Source: a virus
Lineage: Duplodnaviria; Caudoviricetes
Virus record (IMG/VR): IMGVR_UViG_3300046167_000543
Span: 1 to 61,602 of that record
Strand: one strand, 5' to 3'
Length of the DNA: 61,602 bases
Part shown: positions 35,700 through 44,686 of the stretch, one piece after another
Position numbering within the stretch: the stretch's first letter is position 1
How the letters are laid out: every line of letters begins with the position of its first letter
Position numbers and translations under genes: made by a program
Notes under the pieces: model-generated
The model's input: only the letters and a program-made list of their open reading frames with translations
What the model was told of the DNA's origin: nothing
Databases searched by the model: none

Positions 35700-35731
35700 T
35701 TACAAACAAAATACGAACACTAACGGATAAT
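35700..35731 (+). promoter_or_regulatory. early motif copy 7
   Basis: TTACAAACAAAATAC-gaacactaac-GGATAAT directly after the tRNA. Confidence 0.8.
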
Positions 35732-35745
35732 AAATAAAAATAAAT

Positions 35746-35940
35746 ATGCCAAATATGAGTTATTGCAGGTATGAAAATACCTCTATGGATATGCAGGACG
35801 TAGTAGATACACTATTTGACTGCGATGTAGACGTGGATCTTAGCTATTCAGAGCGAAGAGGTCTAGATACTATACTTGAGCTTGCAAAAGATATAGTAGA
35901 TATGGAAGATAAAATTACTAATATATTAGATAATGGATAG
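35746..35940 (+). CDS. acidic hypothetical protein
   Basis: MPNMSYCRYENT... 64 aa. Confidence 0.55.
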   Translation: MPNMSYCRYENTSMDMQDVVDTLFDCDVDVDLSYSERRGLDTILELAKDIVDMEDKITNILDNG

Positions 35941-36154
35941 AGACAAACATATATGGGAAGGCTGGACAGTCGGTGACTTCATTGATGATGTAGAACCTAT
36001 ATTTGATACTATACAAAATGGTAATGATTGGGGTTTAAATACTAAGTTTAAAGACAAGTCAGATCTTAAAAAATGGGTTAAAGACAATCAACCTTACTAT
36101 AAAAAACATATACCAGAAGTATACAATTACTTCTTACAAAAATCAGGATTATAA
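35933..36154 (+). CDS. hypothetical protein
   Basis: 73 aa. Confidence 0.55.
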   Translation: MDRDKHIWEGWTVGDFIDDVEPIFDTIQNGNDWGLNTKFKDKSDLKKWVKDNQPYYKKHIPEVYNYFLQKSGL

Positions 36155-36309
36155 TGGGGTTTACAAAGACAAAATTCAAAACAATTAAACTAACAGAAGG
36201 CGATGCATTATTTGTAAACCATGTGCTTCATATATATGCTCAGCAAACACCTGGGCTTGATAGCGAAGACAAGGCAGAAATAAAAGAAGTCGCAGCTAAA
36301 TTTAAATAA
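36154..36309 (+). CDS. small hypothetical protein (51 aa)
   Basis: hand-translated MGFTKTKFKTIKLTEGDALFV...; fills gap. Confidence 0.45.
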   Translation: MGFTKTKFKTIKLTEGDALFVNHVLHIYAQQTPGLDSEDKAEIKEVAAKFK

Positions 36310-36310
36310 T

Positions 36311-36757
36311 ATGGGTACAAGATCACTAACACGAATTATACCACGCCAAGAAGGCTTAGCGTATGACAAAGCACATGAAAAACCAGAGCTTGCGCTTGTG
36401 AATATTTATCAGCAATATGATGGTTATCCTGAATATATGGCAGTAGAATATGCCAAATGGCTAGAAGATATTAGCATAGGAAACGGTATATCAGGAAATC
36501 CAGAGTTGAATGAATTTGCAAATGGCGTAGGTTGTTTTGCAGCTCAGTTCATAAAACACTTCAAAGATAGACCAGGCGGTTTATATTTATCACCTATTGA
36601 TGATGATTATGGCTGGGCGGACTATGTGTACACTTTGTTTCCTAAAGAAGGCGAACAAACCTATATGTCTGTGTATGATGTATTACTAGACTTAGTTATA
36701 TTTGTAGGTAAACCAGATGCAGCACTTAAAAAATACAATAAAAAAGAATTAGTATGA
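36311..36757 (+). CDS. conserved phage hypothetical protein
   Basis: MGTRS...IYQQYDGYP...DYVY pattern. Confidence 0.6.
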   Translation: MGTRSLTRIIPRQEGLAYDKAHEKPELALVNIYQQYDGYPEYMAVEYAKWLEDISIGNGISGNPELNEFANGVGCFAAQFIKHFKDRPGGLYLSPIDDDYGWADYVYTLFPKEGEQTYMSVYDVLLDLVIFVGKPDAALKKYNKKELV

Positions 36758-36999
36758 CAGAAAAAGAACTAGATTATCTAGCAGATAAAATTGCTACTAA
36801 AATTATTGAAACTTTATTTGATTCAGGTGACCTTGAGATTACTCAGTTTCCACCCGCGACAGATGAAGAAATAATGGTAGGAGAACTAGCGCGACTTATG
36901 ACCCTATTGTCAACGTATGAAGACAAAGAGGAATATGAAAAAGCAGCTATAATTAAAAGAAAAATAGAAAGATTACAAACTAAATACGGAAAATTATGA
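36754..36999 (+). CDS. UVR (UvrB/UvrC) coiled-coil motif protein
   Basis: C-terminal EEYEKAAIIKRKIERL. Confidence 0.55.
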   Translation: MTEKELDYLADKIATKIIETLFDSGDLEITQFPPATDEEIMVGELARLMTLLSTYEDKEEYEKAAIIKRKIERLQTKYGKL

Positions 37000-37829
37000 T
37001 AAAACCTATGCTAGCGCATAAAGTAAATGAGAACAGAATTGATTTCTCAGAGAAGGTTTTTATACAACCTAAGCTCGATGGCGTGCGCTGTATATTTACT
37101 AAAGATGGTGCGTACTCACGTACCGGCAAAGAGTTCCACAACTTACAACATATTAAGATAGATCTTGAAAAGTTCTTTGATCAGCAACCTAATGCTGTTC
37201 TTGATGGTGAGTTGTATAATCACGATCTAAGAGACGATTTCGAACAAATCATATCATTGGTCAGAAAACAAAAACCGACTGACGAGGATCGTCTAAATGC
37301 ACACAGACTAATACAATACCACGTATACGATATGATAGCTGAAGGTCCTAGTTATGAAGACAGACTTAACTGGCTATTGTCAAGTAAATACTTGTGGTCA
37401 GATTCAGTTATATCTGTTGAAACTATACAGGTTCATAAGTATGAAGAAGCTGCTAACGTACACTACGATGGCTTTCTAAAACAAGGTTACGAAGGCTCTA
37501 TACTAAGACTTAACGGTCCGTATGAGCAAAAACGTAGCTATAACCTACAAAAATTCAAAGACTTCAGTGACACCGAAGCTACTATTATTGGCTATGAAGC
37601 CGGTAAAGGTAAGTTTACAGGTCTTATTGGTAAGTTCTTAATGGTAGATGATGATGGTAACGAGTTCGGTTGTCCAATCGGTAAAGGTTACAACTACTCT
37701 GATCGTCGTTATATACTAGAAAATATTCACGACTATATCGGTAAAGTTGCTACATTTACGTACTTCGAACGTACTAAAGCTGGTAGCTACAGACACCCGC
37801 TGTACAAAACCCTTAGAAATTATGAGTAA
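36996..37829 (+). CDS. lig: ATP-dependent DNA ligase
   Basis: QPKLDGVR (KxDG), LDGELY, YHVYD, GYEGSILR, QKFK motifs and OB domain. Confidence 0.92.
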   Translation: MIKPMLAHKVNENRIDFSEKVFIQPKLDGVRCIFTKDGAYSRTGKEFHNLQHIKIDLEKFFDQQPNAVLDGELYNHDLRDDFEQIISLVRKQKPTDEDRLNAHRLIQYHVYDMIAEGPSYEDRLNWLLSSKYLWSDSVISVETIQVHKYEEAANVHYDGFLKQGYEGSILRLNGPYEQKRSYNLQKFKDFSDTEATIIGYEAGKGKFTGLIGKFLMVDDDGNEFGCPIGKGYNYSDRRYILENIHDYIGKVATFTYFERTKAGSYRHPLYKTLRNYE

Positions 37830-37904
37830 ACTAATATGGAAACTTTATAATGACAATATGATTAGCGAAGAAGTTGCTCATATGTTATTAGATAAGCACT
37901 ACGA

Positions 37905-38384
37905 ATGAATATATTTTATCTCGATCACGATCCTTACAGAGCTGCTAGTTATTTTTATGACAAGCACAAAGTAAAGATGATATTGGAATCAGCTCAAATG
38001 CTTTGCACCGCACATCACGTGTATGGTGATCCCAACGATGTGCCTTATAAACAAGCGCATTTAAACCACCCGTCTACTATATGGGTAAGGGAAAGCAGGC
38101 CAAATTATTTTTGGTTGTACGAGCACATGATGGCGTTAGGACAAGAATATACTAAACGATATGGCAAAATACACATGTCGATAGATAAATGCAGAGATGT
38201 ATTAAGTTCTTGTCCTAGCGGTATTACTTCCGATGTGTTTACTCAGCCGCCGCAGTGTATGCCTGATGAGTATAAAGTTGATAACGATAGTGTTACAGCA
38301 TATTGGAATTATTATGAAAACGAAAAACACACAGTAAAAAACAAAAATGAGCAGAAAATTATACGACCACATTATATCAGTTAA
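37905..38384 (+). CDS. pyrimidine-dimer DNA glycosylase (T4 endonuclease V superfamily)-like protein
   Basis: MNIFYLD...DKHKVKMILESAQMLCTAH...HLNHPSTIW...EYTKRYGKIH. Confidence 0.7.
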   Translation: MNIFYLDHDPYRAASYFYDKHKVKMILESAQMLCTAHHVYGDPNDVPYKQAHLNHPSTIWVRESRPNYFWLYEHMMALGQEYTKRYGKIHMSIDKCRDVLSSCPSGITSDVFTQPPQCMPDEYKVDNDSVTAYWNYYENEKHTVKNKNEQKIIRPHYIS

Positions 38385-38386
38385 TT

Positions 38387-38578
38387 ATGGAAAAATTACA
38401 ACAAAAGTTAAAGCTTTTCAAAAGAAAAAAGCGCCACGTAAAGTATCTGGAAAATAGCATTTGGCATCTAAAGTATCAAATACTTAATGACGCATTAGTG
38501 TTAAAAATAAATGAAAATAAAGTTAATTTATTTCATAAATATAACAAACGACTCAAACTAATAACATTTTTAAAATGA
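38387..38578 (+). CDS. basic hypothetical protein
   Basis: 63 aa. Confidence 0.35.
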   Translation: MEKLQQKLKLFKRKKRHVKYLENSIWHLKYQILNDALVLKINENKVNLFHKYNKRLKLITFLK

Positions 38579-38670
38579 GTAAAACTAAAGAATTATTTAT
38601 GAGGCTTAGAGAAGAAGATGATTTTATAAACGAGCATATTATTATATGTACGTTAGAACCACACGGGACT

Positions 38671-38714
38671 GTGACAACAGCCCCTAATAGTAATAAGTAA
38701 TAGGCTAATGTCAT
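38671..38714. repeat. inverted-repeat site copy 2 (GTGACAACAGCCC...AGGCTAATGTCAT)
   Basis: right arm contains the ATG (38708) of the HTH gene. Confidence 0.65.
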
Positions 38715-39343
38715 ACCGAAATACCAAATTTTTAGACAGTAACCGTATTATATACCGACGAGACCCTATCAGTGATTATCCTGATGAGTTGCATGATTGG
38801 GGTACTGTGTACTATAATGGTACACATCAGTGCTACGATCTATTTAGAACTAAAGCTAAGATTACAACGTATCGTTCTTTAAAATGGCATCTGCTAGTTA
38901 TATGGTATCTTAATCCTGCTATGGATCAAGATGAGTTTGAATATGTAGCTAGAAATATTTGCAATAAGAAAAACGGTTTTGTAACATTTACTGTTTCAGA
39001 ACAGCTATTAAAGAATATTATCTATGATGTAAGCATGTATGATTTAGAAGAACCTCCACGTAATAAAATGCGTAAGATTATTTTTAAAGATACTTGTCAG
39101 CTAACACCATCCGAAAAGCTACATATTGTTGGTAGTATTATGGGTAGAACTAAAACTGTTACACAAGATGATATATACGATGCTATGCTAATTCTAAACG
39201 AAATGCAAGATGTTATCACTATAGACAAGCTTGCTAAGTATTTTAATTGCTCGGCAAGAACTATATATCGTAATATAGGTAATGAGCTTAAAAAAGAAAA
39301 AGAATTATTAAATCAGCAACTAAAAGAAGATGAAAAAGTATAA
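38708..39343 (+). CDS. HTH DNA-binding protein (possible replication initiator or regulator)
   Basis: C-terminal ITIDKLAKYFNCSARTIYRNI helix-turn-helix. Confidence 0.65.
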   Translation: MSYRNTKFLDSNRIIYRRDPISDYPDELHDWGTVYYNGTHQCYDLFRTKAKITTYRSLKWHLLVIWYLNPAMDQDEFEYVARNICNKKNGFVTFTVSEQLLKNIIYDVSMYDLEEPPRNKMRKIIFKDTCQLTPSEKLHIVGSIMGRTKTVTQDDIYDAMLILNEMQDVITIDKLAKYFNCSARTIYRNIGNELKKEKELLNQQLKEDEKV

Positions 39344-40088
39344 CGTACAGAACTATATAAGATACAAAGAAGACTTAAAAGCTTCTATGCCTGAAGGTAA
39401 TTGGGATTTTAAAGACTACACACGTAATGAGCTTATAGTTAAGTTTATGCCGCTTGTAGAAAATTTAGCCCGTAAGTTTTCAACTACACAACAAGCGTCG
39501 GGTGTACTTAGTATAAACGATCTTATACAAATAGGTGGTGAAGCACTTACTAAATCAGTTGACAAACTACTTTGGGAAAAGCTAGATGATTCTGATGACT
39601 TAGAAAAAACCTTAAAATCGTTTTTTAGTAAACGTATTAAAGGTGCTATACGTAGACGTATTGATATGCACAGAGGTGACATACGTATACCTGAGCATAA
39701 GATGAACGAAATACGTAAAAACCCTAAAGATCATAAAATGGTTGCAATGTTTTTTAATTCTATATTTTTGTCTATAGATGCGCAACCAGCTAATGACGAA
39801 GGCGAAATGATGATACATCAAATCGCAGATAAATCAGAGCCATACAATATAGCTCTACTAAATATTTATCTCAAAGGCTTACTTCAAAAGCACCTAAACG
39901 AAAAAGAGTATGAGGTGCTAAGATTAAGCTACGGACTCGACTGCGATAAGCATCAAGCTAAAGATATCGCGGCTAAACTAAACATAGAAGGTACAAGCAA
40001 TTATGTGCGTGTAAGTGAGCTAAAAAAGCAAGCCGTACAGAAATTAATTGATAACGTTGATCACTCGCAAGTGATTGACTATCTGTAA
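39330..40088 (+). CDS. sigma-70 family RNA polymerase sigma factor
   Basis: region 2 (RNELIVKFMPLVENLARKF...DLIQIG...RIKGAI) and region 4 HTH (LNEKEYEVLRLSYGL...KDIAAKLNI...RVSELKKQAVQKL). Confidence 0.85.
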   Translation: MKKYNVQNYIRYKEDLKASMPEGNWDFKDYTRNELIVKFMPLVENLARKFSTTQQASGVLSINDLIQIGGEALTKSVDKLLWEKLDDSDDLEKTLKSFFSKRIKGAIRRRIDMHRGDIRIPEHKMNEIRKNPKDHKMVAMFFNSIFLSIDAQPANDEGEMMIHQIADKSEPYNIALLNIYLKGLLQKHLNEKEYEVLRLSYGLDCDKHQAKDIAAKLNIEGTSNYVRVSELKKQAVQKLIDNVDHSQVIDYL

Positions 40089-40097
40089 GTTATAATT

Positions 40098-40127
40098 GTA
40101 AAACTGTATTTTTATGTGTAATTATAT
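40098..40127 (+). promoter_or_regulatory. putative phage promoter class II (GTAAA-N15-GTAATTATAT)
   Basis: between sigma gene and replication operon; same spacing as the two minus-strand sites. Confidence 0.55.
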
Positions 40128-40151
40128 TAATAAGTAAATACCAATATACCT

Positions 40152-40706
40152 ATGACACTAAATGAAAAGCTGGCTACTATCCAGACAAAATTTAAATCGA
40201 AGAAAAGTAGGTTTAATTCATTCGGCAAATATTACTTCCGATCAGCCGAAGACATTCTTGAAGCAACAAAACCCTTTCTACTAGAGTTAGGAGTATCAGT
40301 CACGATAAACGAAGAGGTGCTAACGTTATTTGATAGCGTACCTATGATTGAGTCGACTGCAACTATCTCTGATGGTGAAGCATCAATATCTGCTAAAGCA
40401 GTTGTAGGTGTAGACCTAGCTCAGAAAGGTATGCAAGTACCGCAGCAGTTTGGTTCTGCCTCAAGTTATGGGAAGAAATACGCGTTAGGAAATTTATTCC
40501 TAATAGATGATACGCAAGACTCAGATGCGTCAAACGACCACGGAAAAGCCGCGGCTAAATCTAAACCAACGTTGGATATAAATACCGATGCTTTTAAGAA
40601 AGCAGTGGAGTACATCAAAGCTGGTGGCACAATGAATGCTATCAACACAAAGTACAAAGTATCTATACCGGCTAAAGCGCAACTTAAAAAGTATGAGCAA
40701 GAATGA
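40152..40706 (+). CDS. erf: ERF family single-strand annealing protein
   Basis: FGKYYFRSAEDILEA...QQFGSASSYGKKYALGNLFLIDDTQDSD. Confidence 0.85.
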   Translation: MTLNEKLATIQTKFKSKKSRFNSFGKYYFRSAEDILEATKPFLLELGVSVTINEEVLTLFDSVPMIESTATISDGEASISAKAVVGVDLAQKGMQVPQQFGSASSYGKKYALGNLFLIDDTQDSDASNDHGKAAAKSKPTLDINTDAFKKAVEYIKAGGTMNAINTKYKVSIPAKAQLKKYEQE

Positions 40707-41421
40707 GATTATTGAAAAGCTTAAGATTGATGAGCATTACTATGGCGACTTCGGTAAGCAGTACCTTAGTAACTCTGATATATCTACACTTTTAAAAGAT
40801 CCTTTAGCTTTAGGTAAACCGTCAAAGCAAATACCTGCCTTTTTAATTGGTGGGTATTTCCACACGGCGATACTAGAACCTGAAAAACTTAAAAACTTTA
40901 AGGTTGTAGAATCGTCTAACAGGAATACTAAAGCGTACAAAGAGATATCAGGTGGTGAGTTATGCTTGCTTCAGTCTGAAGTCGATATGATCGAGCTGAT
41001 GACAGATAAGATATTGTCAAATGATATTTGCAATGGTCTTATCAGAGGTAATTGCGACTACGAAGTACCTGGTATTGGTGAGCTAGAAAATGAGTTGTGG
41101 AAAGGTAAAGCTGATATATTAAATCACGATGAGAAACTTATCATTGATCTGAAGACAACAGCAGACCTTAATAAGTTTAGATGGTCAGCATCTAAATATA
41201 ACTACGACAGTCAGGCTTACATATACCAACAGTTGTTTGGTTACGAGATGTTGTTTATTGCAATAGATAAAACAACACATCAAATAGGTATATTCGATTG
41301 CTCACCTGAGTTTTTACAGCGTGGAGCTGATAAAGTAAAGAAAGCAGTTGAACAATACCAATTATTTTATAGACAAGAAGGTTTTGATCCTTCACAATTT
41401 TTTATTAACGAAACCCTTTAA
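40693..41421 (+). CDS. PD-(D/E)XK exonuclease (RecE/DUF3799-like)
   Basis: LSNS, GGYFHTAILEP, KGKADI, IIDLKTT, YDSQAYIY; likely start MSKNE. Confidence 0.8.
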   Translation: MSKNEIIEKLKIDEHYYGDFGKQYLSNSDISTLLKDPLALGKPSKQIPAFLIGGYFHTAILEPEKLKNFKVVESSNRNTKAYKEISGGELCLLQSEVDMIELMTDKILSNDICNGLIRGNCDYEVPGIGELENELWKGKADILNHDEKLIIDLKTTADLNKFRWSASKYNYDSQAYIYQQLFGYEMLFIAIDKTTHQIGIFDCSPEFLQRGADKVKKAVEQYQLFYRQEGFDPSQFFINETL

Positions 41422-41432
41422 AACCAATTATT

Positions 41433-41612
41433 ATGGCACGAGCTAGAAAAAATCAAACTAAAGTTTGTACAGTAACAGGAGTTGAAACTAGTGTAAATAA
41501 TTTTTATGCTAATCAGAACCATGTTAAAGCAGTAGATAATCTACGACGCAATAGCAACGCTACTAAAGATCAGTTGCAGCGCATGTTTAACCAAATCAAT
41601 AACTACGCATAA
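41433..41612 (+). CDS. small hypothetical protein (59 aa)
   Basis: hand-translated MARARKNQTKVCTVTGVE...; TAATG coupling to ssb. Confidence 0.55.
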   Translation: MARARKNQTKVCTVTGVETSVNNFYANQNHVKAVDNLRRNSNATKDQLQRMFNQINNYA

Positions 41613-41920
41613 TGGCAAGTATAATTAAAGCAAGTATTAACCTATCTGAAATACCTAAGGATAAAATTATTCCAGGTAAGAAAGGTAAATACCTACCAAT
41701 AACAATAACTATTAATGACGAATCAGATCAGTTTGGTAATCAAGGTCCTATCGTTGTCGCGCAAACAAAAGAAGAGCGAGACGCTCAAGAGAAGAAGACT
41801 TACCTTGGTAATGTACAGGTAGTATGGACTAATGGTAATAACGTAGCCGCAGCGCCACGCGATGATCAACCAAAGCAAGCACCACAGCCGGCAGCTGTTG
41901 AAGAGGACTTGCCGTTTTAA
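41612..41920 (+). CDS. ssb: single-stranded DNA-binding protein
   Basis: 102 aa, acidic C-terminal tip EEDLPF, in recombination/replication cluster. Confidence 0.7.
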   Translation: MASIIKASINLSEIPKDKIIPGKKGKYLPITITINDESDQFGNQGPIVVAQTKEERDAQEKKTYLGNVQVVWTNGNNVAAAPRDDQPKQAPQPAAVEEDLPF

Positions 41921-42009
41921 TGCCACTGTGCGAAATGTGTAACGAGGAAATGTCGCAGGAAGATCACGACTACTGCGACATATGCCCTAAATGTTTAGAA
42001 GATTGGTAG
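41920..42009 (+). CDS. tiny zinc-ribbon protein (29 aa)
   Basis: MPLCEMCNEEMSQEDHDYCDICPKCLEDW; TAATG coupling. Confidence 0.45.
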   Translation: MPLCEMCNEEMSQEDHDYCDICPKCLEDW

Positions 42010-42078
42010 ATGAAAACGATTACATTAGTATCAATACAGATAATGATGGTAATGTAACACTAATAGAAGATTAATTAA

Positions 42079-43791
42079 ATGCAGACAACAGAGATCAATG
42101 GATTTTTGATTGACGAGTTCAATCATTACGGTCTTAAAGAGGGCAAATCACAGGGCGTATGCCCGTTGTGTTCTCATAGTAGACAACCCAAGAATCAGAA
42201 AGCCGAATGTGCTAGCTATGATTGGGAACGTGGTCTCGGTACTTGTCATAATTGTAATACAACTTTTCAGTTACATACGTATCAACGTAAAGGTGCTAGT
42301 GAAAAGGTCTACGTTAGACCTGAAGTAACTAAGTATTTACCTGTTGAAAACAAAGTAACTGAATGGTTTGAATCACGAGGTATATCACAAAGGACTCTTG
42401 ACGATTTAAAAGTCGGGCAAGGTCCTGAGTGGATGCCACAGACCGGTAAAACCGAGAATACAATTCAGTTTAATTATATAATGGGTGATCAACTCATCAA
42501 TATAAAATACAGAGACGGTCGTAAAAACTTTAAGCTTTACAAAGGAGCTGAAAAAGTATTTTACAATATCAACAGTGTTGTTGGTTATGATCACTGTGTA
42601 ATAACTGAAGGTGAAATGGACGTGCTAGCTTTGTATGAAGCTGGTATTAAAAATGCTATATCAGTTCCAAACGGAGCAACGCTTAATACAAACAACCTAG
42701 ATTATCTAGATAATTGTATTGATTACTTTGAAGATAAAGAAAAAGTAATACTAGCTGTTGACTCTGATGATGCTGGTCAAGCGTTACAACAAGAACTAGT
42801 CAGAAGGCTAGGTGCTGAAGTTTGTTTCTTAGCAGACTTTGAAGAGTGTAAAGACGCTAATGAATATTTAATTAAGTATGGAAAAGAAAAACTGGCAGAG
42901 CGTATTTCAAGAGCAAGACCAGTACCGCTTGAGAATGTTACGACGTTCAGGGATATTGAAAATGAGGTTACCGACTTTGTTACGAATGGCTTTAAACCAG
43001 GATATCAAGTTGGCTTACCAAATTTTGATGATATATTTTCGACTTACACTGGTCAATTTATTACTGTCACTGGCATCCCTAGTTCCGGCAAGAGTGACTT
43101 TGTCGATCAAATGGTTGTTGGGTACAACGCTAATTATGGTTGGAAAACAGCATTTGCTAGTCCAGAAAATGCGCCGACATATTTACATGCTCATAAGCTA
43201 ATGCGTAAAGTCTGGGGAGATATGCCTTCTAAGAAGGATATTGGTACAGACAAGTGGAGACAAGTAGCTGAACATTGTAACGATAACTTTTTTCATATTG
43301 ATATGGAACGTTACACGCTTGAGTCTGTGCTACGTAAAGGTGCTGAGCTAGTTAAGCGTAAAGGTATTAAGTGCCTTGTTATTGATCCATTTAATAAAGT
43401 ACGAGACGTTGATTGTAAAACAGAAGACGTTAACAGGTACACCATGGAGTATCTAACTAAGATAGAAATGTTTGCTAAAAAGTATGATGTGCTAGTGTTT
43501 ATTGTAGCGCACCCAACTAAGATGTACAAAGACAAAGACGGTAAGATTGAAGAACCAACTATGTATAACATTAAAGGTGGCGGCGAATGGTACGATGCTA
43601 GTTATCACGGTATATTAGTCCACAGAGACTATGAAGAGAAAACCGTTAAAGCAAAGATACTTAAAGTAAAGTTTCAAAACTTAGGTGAGAACGGTGCTGA
43701 AGCTCATTTCAAATGGCAACCAGCCTCGGGTAGGTTTGCGCCTCACGTACAGCACGCGATTGCTGATGGTGAAAAAATGCCATGGGAATAA
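42079..43791 (+). CDS. primase-helicase (T7 gp4/Twinkle-like)
   Basis: CPLC...CHNC zinc finger, TOPRIM (ITEGEMD, DSDDAG, CKDANE), SF4 helicase GIPSSGKS, LVIDP, VAHP. Confidence 0.92.
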   Translation: MQTTEINGFLIDEFNHYGLKEGKSQGVCPLCSHSRQPKNQKAECASYDWERGLGTCHNCNTTFQLHTYQRKGASEKVYVRPEVTKYLPVENKVTEWFESRGISQRTLDDLKVGQGPEWMPQTGKTENTIQFNYIMGDQLINIKYRDGRKNFKLYKGAEKVFYNINSVVGYDHCVITEGEMDVLALYEAGIKNAISVPNGATLNTNNLDYLDNCIDYFEDKEKVILAVDSDDAGQALQQELVRRLGAEVCFLADFEECKDANEYLIKYGKEKLAERISRARPVPLENVTTFRDIENEVTDFVTNGFKPGYQVGLPNFDDIFSTYTGQFITVTGIPSSGKSDFVDQMVVGYNANYGWKTAFASPENAPTYLHAHKLMRKVWGDMPSKKDIGTDKWRQVAEHCNDNFFHIDMERYTLESVLRKGAELVKRKGIKCLVIDPFNKVRDVDCKTEDVNRYTMEYLTKIEMFAKKYDVLVFIVAHPTKMYKDKDGKIEEPTMYNIKGGGEWYDASYHGILVHRDYEEKTVKAKILKVKFQNLGENGAEAHFKWQPASGRFAPHVQHAIADGEKMPWE

Positions 43792-44052
43792 ATGGCAGCA
43801 GCTTGGAATAAGAAAAACAAAGAGTGGGATATGGGTAGCTATAGCCCTACCGAAGAAGAGTACGAGGCTAGGCTATGGTGTATACGAAACAAGATATACA
43901 TATCGCCCTTTGCTAAAGGTCCAGCTGAATGGTATATAGATATAACGTTAAACGGTAAAATAAACAGATCCCCTAGTATATACATTAAAGATATGATATG
44001 GGAGAACATTTATAAGTTTTATAAATATTATTATGATAAGCACAAAGAGTAA
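43792..44052 (+). CDS. hypothetical protein
   Basis: 86 aa. Confidence 0.5.
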   Translation: MAAAWNKKNKEWDMGSYSPTEEEYEARLWCIRNKIYISPFAKGPAEWYIDITLNGKINRSPSIYIKDMIWENIYKFYKYYYDKHKE

Positions 44053-44686
44053 TTTCAAAACAGCAAGCGAAGCTTTTGATTATTTCTACATCAAAATAAA
44101 AGATAAAGGTGTAGACTTTGATAACACTAAAGCTTTGTTTAATGTTGGGTTTTATGTTCACAACCCTTCTGATAAGAAGATAAAAGCGGGATATAGAAAA
44201 TGGAATCAGAAATATGCTGCAGCCGAGTGGGCTTGGTATTTATCTGGTAACAGAAATATAAGTAAGCTAGGTGAGTTGTATGGTAAGGTACCTGAGATAT
44301 GGAAACGTATGGCAGATGCTAACGGCAATGTCAATTCTAATTATGGTTGGCAATGGAACAGAGAAAACCAGCTAGGTAAAATAGTAGACATACTTAGGAA
44401 GAATAAAAGTACTAGGCAAGCTGCTGTAAGTATATACGATGGTAAAGAAATATACGATTACAGACACGACACGCCGTGTACGTATGCAGTTCAGTTTAGT
44501 ATCATTGATGATAAGCTTTGTATGTCTGTCTATATGCGATCTAATGATCTCTGGTACGGCTTCTGCAATGATCAGTATCAGTTTGCGTCGTTGCAAGAGA
44601 TGGTCGCGGACAGACTCTCTATTCCAACTGGCTGGTATTACCACCATGCACACAACTTACATTTGTATAACGATAAAATAAATTAG
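44033..44686 (+). CDS. thymidylate-synthase-fold enzyme, dCMP hydroxymethylase-like (T4 gp42 type)
   Basis: VPEIW...VNSNYGW, catalytic PC, MRSNDLWYGFCND with Asp at the base-specificity position, HLY. Confidence 0.75.
   Translation: MISTKSNFKTASEAFDYFYIKIKDKGVDFDNTKALFNVGFYVHNPSDKKIKAGYRKWNQKYAAAEWAWYLSGNRNISKLGELYGKVPEIWKRMADANGNVNSNYGWQWNRENQLGKIVDILRKNKSTRQAAVSIYDGKEIYDYRHDTPCTYAVQFSIIDDKLCMSVYMRSNDLWYGFCNDQYQFASLQEMVADRLSIPTGWYYHHAHNLHLYNDKIN

Noticed and set aside
30785-35731. CRISPR array
   Set aside because: Repeats are separated by 100-2100 bp of genes and have an internal variable 10-mer; no cas genes.
44033-44686. Ordinary thymidylate synthase thyA
   Set aside because: Asp replaces the dUMP-specifying Asn and the sequence resembles dCMP hydroxymethylase; the thyA symbol was withheld.
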